Shown one piece after another: positions 50,385 through 60,131 of a stretch of DNA of 64,000 bases (position 1 is its first letter; each line of letters begins with the position of its first letter). The translations under genes were made by a program, and so were the position numbers. The notes below the pieces were generated by a model. The model was not told the DNA's origin. It ran no database searches and saw only the letters and a program-made list of their open reading frames with translations. Source of the stretch: Vitrella brassicaformis CCMP3155 (Eukaryota; Protista; Chromerida); assembly GCA_001179505.1 (NCBI GenBank), contig CDMY01000802.1:186001-250000 (forward strand), read 5' to 3'.

Positions 50385-52159
50385 TACGAAGTGTGCGTGT
50401 AATGTGAGAGTATCCCTTAAGTGCATGTTCGCTCATTGTCATCTCGGCCTATCCCGCATACGGCGCAATGTACTGTAATGTACTGTTACGTCGTACCGGA
50501 CCGGTCTCAATCCGGAGGGCAATGGTTATCCGGCGCAATCGACCTCCGAGACAGATCTGTCCGTATAATTGGTGTTCAACGCACAGTATCATCGTATGTC
50601 GCGCGAGTAGGTGATTGAGTCAGGTACGCCTAATCAGCAAAGCCTTCGAGGCAAATGCGCCTGGTGACGTGACGCGTGAGTGACGTCCGTTGCTCTCTCT
50701 GTTCGATGTGTCTCATAGTATGCGTTCCGTGTCTCATTGTATTTGGCGTTTAGCCATAGGTGTCCCTTCTGGAAACCCATGTCACCTGCTGTGTTTGTCC
50801 CTTGGGTGACTTGCTGGGTGACGTCGCTTGGTGACTGAGACCTGTCATTTCGCTGACTGCCCTCAGTCGCATCGAAAGATAGCACGTGGGTATCCGCCAG
50901 CCGGTGAGCAAGTCCCTAAGTCTCGCCTACAGGTAAGCGATTCCTTCCCGCAGTCGTGCGGCACCGTCGAGTGGGTTAGTCTTACGCCATATACGCGCGT
51001 CATCGGTGAGCGCGTGGCGAGACATGCATCGTTGGCACGCAAGTCGTTGCGGCAAGTGTACCTTACCGATTACCCGGTGTGTGGATCGTCAAGTACATCG
51101 CGGGTAAAATTTGTCGCTTATTGCCATCTCGGCCCATCCCCGCACACGTCGTAATGTATGATAACGTCGTGTCGGATTGGCTACACTCCGAAGGGCAGTG
51201 GGTATCTCGTAAGCGTAACCTACACGAGGGAGATGTTTTAAGGGCAAGGGTCGCTCGTCGGCAAGGCCGTTCCCCTGCGCGAGATAAGCTTGTTGTCTGT
51301 CGGCGCCAATCACAATGGCGTGTCTTCTAGGTGGAGACTCAACGGTCGCGTGACTTGGACTGCCAGTCATCGCGAGGGGACGCAGGCAGGTTGTTAAGCT
51401 TCGTGCAGTGGCGGTGTACGTAGACTGGAATGTGAGGGCAATCGGGTATGCCGGCGTCTAAGTCCCTCATTGGGAGTTTGCACTTGCCGACACGCGTGAT
51501 TCGTCGACTAGCAGCTCTCGAGGGCAACAGTGCGTCACCGTGAGTGTCTGAGTGCTCGAGACAAATGAGACGGGCATGTCCTCCGTCGTCGAGGGTATGT
51601 CTTATCGCTGAGTGAGTTGTCAGGTCATGTACCACCGCAGGTGTACCGTGGTAAGGTGTTAAGAGACCCGTACTTTCTTATTGAGTGCTTCTCTGGTGTA
51701 AACCCTTTGAGTCCCCTTCACCTTCCCTTCGGTCGGGTGAGATTCCCGAAATGGCCCAATGGTGTGTGGGAGCGCGAGAGGGATGTGCCCCTCGGCGAGT
51801 GAGAGCTCACAACTCCAGCGAGCAACGCGTGCCTCCCTCTGGATAGATATGGACTCGCCTATGAGTGACCCTTGAGACAGACCCAAGGATGCGTTGTGCA
51901 CGTTGTGCAGCCCGACGAGCTCCCTGTCATGCTTTGAGCCGCGACTGCCCGATCGAGCGGTCACTCTCGTGTCGTGATGGCCCCACTCCCGCAATGCTAC
52001 CTTTTCGTCACGTTTCGTCAAGTCTGAGCCTCGTCGACTAGTCAGTCTTGCGATGACACCATACGTGTCGGATAGTGAATGTCACTATAACTTGAGCCGT
52101 GATGGCCGCTTCATCCGGTCCATGTCGTGATGCGTCAGGCCGACGGCCTCGTGGGTTGA

Positions 52160-53990
52160 ATAGTGCACCCCGGCAATGTCTCCTGCGATAGCCCTATCGC
52201 CCGTCATCCTCGCAATGTCTCGGGCCGTAATGGCCTGCCTCATCGAATAGTCAACCCCGGCATTGTCTCAATATGCGATAACTCTATCGCCCGTCATCCC
52301 CGTAATGCTTCGGGCCGTGATGGCCCCACCGACCAGACTCCACGATGTCTCGGGCCGCAATGGCGCCGACTGGTGGGTTTCTCCGGCGCTTGCCGCCTAT
52401 GGATGTTGTACGGCGTTTGACGCCGATTGATGATTATGTTCGGCGGTGCAGACTGCGCCCCGTCGAACCGTCAATCCCCAAACGTCCCGGGCCGCCATGC
52501 CCTGGTCGAACACTCAATCCGCTATGCCTCGGGCCGCCATGGCCGAACGAATCGTCAATCCCGCAATGCCCCGGGCCGCCATGACCTGACCGAACCGTCA
52601 ATCCCGCAATGTCCCGGACCGCCCTGGGTGATTACGTACGGCGACACCGACTTCGCCCGTCGAACCGTCAATTCTACAATCATGCCCCGAGCCGTCATGG
52701 CCGGATCGAAGAATGAATCCCGCAATGTCCCGAGCCGCCATGCCCTGATGGAACAATCAATCCGCCATGCCCCGGGCCGCCGCTGTGTGTGACCCTTAAG
52801 ACAGACCCAAGGATGCGTTGCGCACGTCGTGGAGCCCAACGCGCTCCCTGCCCTGTTTTGGGTTGCGACGACTCGCTCGAGCGGTCGCTCTCATGCCGTG
52901 ATGGCCCGACTCCCGCACTGCTATGGCCGCGTCAAGTCTGAGCCTCGTCGACTAGAGTCTGAGCCTCGTCGACTAGTCAGTCTCGCGATGATACCACACT
53001 TTGTCGGATAGCGAGTGTCGCCATGACTTGAGTTGTGATGGCCGCTTTACACGGTCCATCTCGTGATGTTTCAAGCCGACGGCCCCGTCGAATAGGAAAC
53101 CCCGGCAACGTCTCCCTATGCGATAGCCCTATCGCCCGTCCTCCTCGCAATGTCTCGGGCCGTCATGGCCTGCCTCATCGAATACTCCACCCAGGAAATG
53201 TCTCAATATGCGATAGCCCTATCGCCCGTCATCCTCACACTGTTTCGAGCCGTGACGGCCTGCCTCATCGAATAGTCCACCCCGGCAATGTCTCAGTATG
53301 CGATAGCCCTCTTGCCCGTCATCCTCGCAATGTCTCGGGCCGTGACGGCCTGCCTCATCGAATAGTCAACCCCGGCACTGTCTCAGTATGCGATAGCCCT
53401 ATCGCCCGTCATTCTTGCAATGTCTCGGGCCGTCATGGCCTGCCTGATTGAGTGGTCCACCCCGGCAATGTCTCAGCATGCGATAGCCTTATCGCCCGTC
53501 ATCCTTGCAATGTCTCGGGCCGTGATGGTCTGCCTAGTCGAATAGTCCACCCCGGCAATGTCTCAGTGTGCCATAGCCCTATTACCCGTCGTTCTCGCAA
53601 TGTTTATTGATGGGCTGCGTCATCGAATAGTCAAAACCGGCACTGTCTCAGTATGCGATAGCCCTATCGCCCGTCATTCTTGCAATGTCTCGGGCCGTGA
53701 TGGCTTGCCTCATCGAATAGTCAACCCCGGCACTGTCTCAGTATGCGATAGCCCTATCGCCCGTCATTCTCGCAATGCCTCGGGCCGTCATGGCCTGCCT
53801 GATTAAGTGGTCAGCCCCGGCAATGTCTCAGCATGCGATAGCCTTATCGCCCGTCATCCTCGCAATGCCTCGGGCCGTGATGGCCTCACCGACTAGATTT
53901 CGCGATGTCTCGTGCCTCCATGGCCTGCCTCACCGAATAGTCAGCCCCGGCAACGTCTCAGTATGCGATAGCCCTATCCCCCGTCATCCT
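52160..53990. repeat. Tandem array of ~90-bp units (dimer of ~43+47-bp subunits), interrupted by a ~924-bp-offset internal duplication
   Basis: Exact 90-bp period at 53281-53370 and 53371-53460 (cccggcaatgtctcagtatgcgatagccct...gaatagtcaac). Confidence 0.92.
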
Positions 53991-53994
53991 TGGA

Positions 53995-55320
53995 TCGAGC
54001 AGTCAGTCCTGCAACGCCCCTGGCCGCCATGGCCTCCCCGAACAGTCAATCCCGCAATGCCCCTGGCCACGAAGGCCTCATCGAGCAGTCAGTCCTGCAA
54101 CGCCCCTGGCCGCCATGGCCTCATCGAGCAGTCAGTCTGGCAATGCCCCTGGCCGCGAAGGCCTCATCAAGCAGTCAGTCTTGCAATGTCCCTGGCCGCC
54201 ATGGCCTCCCCGAACAGTCAATCCCGCAATGCCCCTGGCCACGAAGGCCTCATCGAGCAGTCAGTCCTGCAATGCCCCTGGCCGCCATGGCCTTCCCGAA
54301 TAGTCAGTCCCGCAATGCCCCTGGCCGCGAAGGCCTCATCAAGCAGTCAGTCTTGCAAAGCCCCTGGCCGCCATGGCCTCCACGGACAGTCAGTCTCGCA
54401 ACGCCCCTGGCCACGACGGCCTCATCGAGCAGTCAGTCCCGCAATTTTTGTGGCCGCCCTGGCCTCCCCGAACAGTCAGTCCCGCAATGCTCCTGGCCAC
54501 GAAGGCCTCATCGAGCAGTCAGTCCGGCAATGCCCCTGGCCACGAAAGCCTCACCGAGCAGTCAGTCCCGCAATGCCCCTGGCCGCGAAGGCCTCATCAA
54601 GCAGTCAGTCTTGCAATGCCCCTGGCCGCCATGGCCTCCTCGGACATTCAGTCCCGCAATGCCCCTAGCCGCGAAGGCCTCATTAAGCAGTCAGTCCGGC
54701 AATGCTCCTGGCCGCCATGGCCTCCCCGAATAGTCAGTCCCGCAATGCGCCTGGCCGCGAAGGCCTCATCGAGCAGTCAGTCCGGCAATGCCCCTGGCCG
54801 CCATGGCCTCCCCGGACATTCAGTCCCGCAATGCCCCTAGCCGCGAAGGCCTCATCGAGCAGTCAGTCCGGCAATGCCCCTGGCCGCCATGGCCTCCCCG
54901 AATAGTCAGTCCCGCAATGCTCCTGGCCGTGAAGGCCTCATCAAGCAGTCAGTCTTGCAATGCCCCTGGCCGCCATGGCCTCCCCGGACAGTCAGTCCCG
55001 CAATGCCCCTGGCCGCGAGGGCCTTACCCAGCAGTCAGTCCCGCAATGCCCCTAGCCGCGATGGCCTCATCGAGCAGTCAGTCCCGCAAAACCCCTAGCC
55101 GCGACGGCCTCCCCCAACAGTCAGTCCCGCAATGTCCCTGACCGCGATGGCCCTCATCGAGCAGTCAGTCTCGCAATGCCCCCGGCCGCGGTAGCCTCCC
55201 CCGGCCGCGGTAGCCTCCCCCAACAGTCAGTCTCGCCATGTCCCTGACCGCAATGGCCTCCCCCAACAGTCAGTCCCGCAATGTCCCTGGCCGCGATGGC
55301 CTCCTCGAGCAAGTCAGTCT
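53995..55320. repeat. Tandem array of 43-bp units (~30 copies) with alternating variants
   Basis: Units gagcagtcagtcctgcaacgcccctggccgccatggcctcccc and gaacagtcaatcccgcaatgcccctggccacgaaggcctcatc each count 43 nt. Confidence 0.95.
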
Positions 55321-55524
55321 CGCCACGCGCCGAGCCGCGATGGCTGGTGACCCCTGTGCGTGTCAGTGCGGTGACTAAGTTGGTGACCTGTGCGCCCGTC
55401 GGCGCGATGAATGTGTTGTTGTTTGCGGTTCGATTGTGGGTGCTTGTTGGGTTCATTGTTATGACAATGTCTGCCTCATGATGGTTGTGGAAGGCGCCGA
55501 GACATCGGCGGGGATCCCAAGTCG

Positions 55525-56010
55525 TTGAAGTCGGCGGATCCAGCAGCAGGGGCGTTGCAGTCGATGGATCCAGCAGCAGGGGCGTCGAAGTCGGGATTCA
55601 GCAGCAGGGGCGTCGAAGGCGGCGGATCCAGCAGCCGGGGCGTTGAGGTCGATGGATCCAGCAGCCGGGGCGTCGAAGTCGGCGGGTCCAGCAGCAGGGG
55701 CGTTGAAGTCGACGGGTCCAGCAGGGGCGTTGAAGTCGGCGGATCCAGCAGCAGGGGCGTTGAGGTCGATGGATCCAGCAGCAGGGGCGTCGAAGTCGGC
55801 GGATCCAGCAGGAGGGGCGTTGAGGTCGATGGATCCAGCAGCAGGGGCGTCGAAGTCGGCGGATCCAGCAGGAGGGGCGTTGAAGTCGACGGGTCCAGCA
55901 GCAGGGGCGTTGAGGGCGACGGATCCAGCAGCCGGGGCGTTGAACTCGATGAATCCAGCCATGGCGGCGTCGGACACGGCGGTTCCAGCCGCAGGGGCGT
56001 TGAAGTTGAC
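55525..56010 (-). repeat. 30-bp tandem array reading as (A/I)DF(D/N)APAAGS decapeptides in a degenerate 5' ORF of the element
   Basis: Minus-strand unit gccgacttcgacgcccctgctgctggatcc = ADFDAPAAGS. One 27-bp unit and frameshifts at the flanks. Confidence 0.85.
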
Positions 56011-56429
56011 CGACTCGCAGGGGGGGCGTCAGAGACGGCGGGTTCAGCAGCAGGGGCTGCGGTGAACAGTCCAGCCGCAGGGGGGGTTGAAATCGTTGGA
56101 TACAGCAGCGATGGCGTCGATGCTGGCGGATCCGGCGGCAAGGACGTCGGGGACGGAGGGTGCAGCGCCAGGGCCACCCAGGGGTGTCGGAGACGTCGGA
56201 TCCAGCAGCAGTCTCTCGGCGGCTTTCTGAACCCCGCGACGAGGGAGCTCCGCGTAGCGGGAAGGGCAAGCGGGCGCCCTGAGGCTGGTTGGCGGTTGGC
56301 TTCTCCCTGGTGTGGCTCCTTTACGCCACCTCCCGTCGGTCTCGCCTCGCTTCGCTGAGACGCCCCCGGCGTCATGGGGCGCCTCCCCGGCCTCGGCGGA
56401 CGAGTGCGGGTGTAAGTGGGTGCGAAGCA

Positions 56430-56571
56430 TGGGTGGGTGGGTGCGAAAAATCACGGAGAGCGCTTGTCCTGCCAAGCGCACCTGCGAGCCGGAGACGGTG
56501 TGTGTCGATCGGTCGCTCCCGCCCGCGGCGCGTATGTACGCGATCGCTGCGCTACGCACGCGTACGCTACC
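56430..56571 (-). repeat. Split direct repeat A1 (142 bp), 5' end of the element
   Basis: Identical to 48968-49109. Confidence 0.97.
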
Positions 56572-57229
56572 AAAGGGGCTGGCTCCCCGATGAGGCTGCG
56601 CAGTGGCGTATACTGACCAGCGCTTCACAAGTCTCCAATAGTGGGGAGCCAATCCGTCCCGTATTTGGAGTGGTTTCAGGCAGCACCCTATCCAAGGCCC
56701 CATCTCCACACTGACTCTAAAAGAACCAGATCTGACGATGGATAGAGAGCCAAACAGACAGGCAAGGCGATGAATGAATGAGTGATTACAGACACGCACG
56801 TCTCCCTGTATCGTGTGTGCCTCCGTCAGGGGCAAGGCTCACGCTGGCGCCTTTCATCCGTGTGCGCGTATATAGAGACCAATCATTTGCATGGCTGGAT
56901 GGTTCGGAACAGATTCTATCACGGTCTCACGAGTGGATGAGTGTACGACAACACAAGACACTGAATCAATCCATCCATCCATTGACTGACACCACACATC
57001 CACTGAATCAGCACAGGCAGGCAGGCAGGCAGGCAGGCATGCAGCAGGCCACACATCACAGACACTTGTCAGGTAGACCCGATTGACCTACCTACGCTGA
57101 CACAGTACCGTACTAGAAATGCAATAGGCACACAATGGCCTCACAATCGAGACAGAGAGGAAGACGAACGTGGATAAAAGTGCCGACGACAGACAGACAG
57201 ACAGACAGACAGACAGAGATGCGCCCCAC

Positions 57230-57370
57230 TCAGTCACTGCTGCACACCACCTGCAGCACCTCGTTCTCGTCAGCCATAAACTCATATGACCCACTCAGTT
57301 CTGTCTCCCCCGTGCAGCCCTCAGGCACATCGTTGCTGTCGGTGGCTTGAAGGCAGCTACAGATGTCGGC
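57230..57370 (-). pseudogene. Orphan C-terminal half of a second TLDc domain
   Basis: Translates ADICSCLQATDSNDVPEGCTGETELSGSYEFMADENEVLQVV, just downstream of the stop of 57409-58368. The 3' flank resembles 46790-46950. Confidence 0.75.
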
Positions 57371-57408
57371 ATCACGCCCAGTACACGCCAGGTCGTGAAT
57401 TGACTCAA

Positions 57409-58368
57409 TTAAAATGCGGCAAAAACTACCGCGGTCAGCCCCACGAGCACCGCAATGGCAATCTGCGTGCGGCTGGCGCTTGCACGCAGCACCTCAATCT
57501 CGTCACCCATGAACTCCAGCGACCCGCCAAACAGAGCATCGCCATCCTCATCCCTCTCTCCAATGTAGCCCTCGGGCAGATCGTCGCTGACGATGGCCTC
57601 GTGGTAGCAGCTGCGGATGTCGGCAGCAGGCTGGTGACTGCCGCCGCTGCCACCCCAGCCCAAATGCAGCGCCGCACCGATATTCACATTCTCACAGCAC
57701 ACATCTGCCCCCCTCACCGCCACAGTCACAAACGTCTCATTTGAGTCGAGGTCCATCTTGGTCGGTGTGGGGAAGTGGCCCGCCAACGAGAACCGCCACA
57801 CATCACACATGTAGTTGAGGGTGCCTGTCTTGTTTACATCGGTGAACTTTCGGGTGTGGTCGTCGGGCTGCAGCAGACCGCCACCGATATAATAGCCGAA
57901 CACATACTCGTCCTTTTTGATCACCAACACCAGAGGCAGTGCGTTGCCCACTCGGTCCAGCAGGTTGCCATATTCAGTGCCGTGCACAGATGTCCTACAC
58001 ACATGCACACACACACACACACACAGACGGTGAAGGATCTTCCAGCCATTGTTGACATGGCATGATGTGTGTGTACCGGTAGAGGGAGATGAGTTCTGTG
58101 GTGTCATTGACCAGCAGGCCAAGCAGCGCATCATACTCCGACGCTGACAGCGATGTGCCGTTCGGCAGGTCACTCTGCACACGACGCAGATGCACCTGAA
58201 ACACACGAGTCAGTCAGTCAGTCACGCCACACCAAAACATTTATGTCTGTGAATGAATGAATGAATGAATGGGTGACTGACTCGTGGATGTGCTCATACC
58301 TGTTGTGCCTCAGCAGACGTCCATGCCACAGAGAGAATCAACAGGTAAACCACTGCCCGAATCGCCAT
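57409..58368 (-). CDS. Signal peptide + TLDc domain + hydrophobic C-terminus (candidate GPI/TM-anchored surface protein); 3 exons
   Basis: MAIRAVVYLLILSVAWTSAEAQQ | VHLRRVQSDLPNGTSLSASEYDALLGLLVNDTTELISLYR | TSVHGTEYG...FMGDEIEVLRASASRTQIAIAVLVGLTAVVFAAF*. N-glycosylation sequons NGT, NDT, NKT, NET. Confidence 0.8.
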
Positions 58369-58698
58369 GACCTGGAGCCAACAGAGTGTTCTTATTGAGT
58401 TCTGTCGATCAGCAAAGGCAGCCAGATGAACAAAGGTGAGCTCCAGAAGAAGACACAGAGGAGAGGGAGACAGGGAAGGGGAGAGGAGGGGAGCTCTCTA
58501 TCGGGGCCTGTTGATCGGAGCTGCCGCTTCCGAGATTTCTGTGTGCAACCTCATCGGGGAGCCAGCCCCCTTCATTTGCCGCCTCTCATCTGTCGTCTCC
58601 TTTTCTCCCGGCACACGATCTGCAAGCTCAGCTGCTTCTGGGAGAGGGGACCCGATAAGCGTGAGTCTGTTCTGTGAGCTTGACATAAGGCAAGGCTG

Positions 58699-60093
58699 AT
58701 GATCCATCGCCCTTTGCTTCTCCACGTTAATGGTCTGTGGCTGTTGCTGCTGGTGCTGCTGTCATCGAGATCTGCATGTGCCCAGCAGCAGCAGCCCGAT
58801 GACATCGACGGCTTTGTCAGTCAGCAGGCAGCATCGCTTGACCAGCTGGACCCCGGCTGCTGGGTGAGCCAACCACATGGAGCACACGCACAGACAGAGT
58901 AGCCGAGTTATGACGTTGCCTCTGTGTGCCTGCAGACGTGGAAGTCGACGTTGATGGGTGGGGTCGGGTGGGTGGGCCAGCATACCAACCGGGAACGGAT
59001 ACATTTGTGTGCCATCTGCATGTGTGCAGGCACTTATCTGGAGGGTTCCGACCCCATATCGAAGCGATACGTGTGGCTGACTGACGGGTGCGCCAAGGCT
59101 TGCCAAGAGAACCAAGATTGCAAGGCATGGAGCTTCGACTGGTAAATCAGTATGTCGCCATCCATCGACCCACCCCACTTTTCCCAACATTCATGTGTGT
59201 ATGGTGGATGGATGGGTGTGGTGCAGGAAGGGTGAGTGTTTCCTTCTGTCCAACGTGACTGCGGTGCGTCGGGCGGGCGACAGCGACGGGCGGGGCTTCG
59301 CGGCCATTGCTATGGGCAAGAAGGGCAGCTCAGACTGCCGCTCTCTCGACGAAAGACACCCATGCATCCAACACAACGTCAAAATACTCTGGTCAGCCGG
59401 CTGGGAGAGGGAGGGAGAGAGAGAAGATGCAGATGTGTGTGTGTCGCAGGTCTGACATCAGCTACAAGTACGCCGACGCCAATCTGACGGTGGATGAGTG
59501 TCAGCAGGCGTGCATCGACATGATCGAGTGCCGCTTCTTCACACACATCGCTCTGCCAGGCCAAACCAGACAGTGGTACACACGCACCCCACACACGCCA
59601 TCCCACGCCAACCACCCACCCACGCACTCTCTCTCTCTCTCTCTCTCTCTCCATCTCTCTCTGTCAGCTTTATGAAGAATGCGGGGGTTGACGACAACAA
59701 GGTATGCTCGGAGCACGCCACGAGCGGCTTCGTGTACGCCCGGGACTGCGGAGCGCCGAGTGAGCCTCTGGAGCCGGCGGACGGCGACGTGCAGAGGCTG
59801 ACCAGCCAGGGGCTCTCACTCTCACTGGAGCTGCTGCAGTCGTCATACCCGCCGTATCCAGTGGCCGAAGGTGCGTGTGGGGATGTGGCCGAGCCACACA
59901 GATCTGCATCTTCTCGTGTGGGTGTGGGTGTGGGTGGGGTCCGACAGAGGCTTACGAGAAGGTCAATGTGTGTGGGTGCTACAAGGAGGCCACTAAGCCT
60001 TACTTTGAGCGGCTGGACGGCGGCTCAGACATGGGCATCGACCCAGACAAGCCGCCCGAATACGCGCCGGGGAGCGCCGAAGTGATACAGGTC

Positions 60094-60131
<38 letters not shown>

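Larger units (their letters stand above)
48784..56571 (-). mobile_element. Non-autonomous split-direct-repeat element (PAT/TOC1/Ngaro-like; tyrosine-recombinase retrotransposon class inferred)
   Basis: On the minus strand: A1 (56571-56430), internal region, B1 (49278-49110), A2 (49109-48968), 15-nt spacer, B2 (48952-48784). A copies (142 bp) and B copies (169 bp) are identical by eye. No target-site duplication; no RT or recombinase ORF recognised. Confidence 0.82.

Noticed and set aside
51585-51596. Minus-strand TLDD as a reverse-transcriptase YxDD remnant
   Set aside because: The surrounding residues (AIRHTLDDGGHARL) show no RT context, and no other RT, RNase H or recombinase motifs are nearby.
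53775-55141. Long plus-strand ORFs (297, 247, 155 aa) in the 43-bp array as genes
   Set aside because: A stop-free 43-bp unit rotates through all three frames and gives the same 43-aa pseudo-repeat in each; there is no independent coding signal.
52160-56010. Tandem arrays as a CRISPR array
   Set aside because: Units abut with no unique spacers, no cas genes are present, and the context is eukaryotic.
48784-56571. Ordinary LTR retrotransposon or TIR transposon interpretation
   Set aside because: The repeats are direct and split (A..B-A-B), not one LTR at each end and not inverted; no TG..CA ends, PBS/PPT or TSD were seen.
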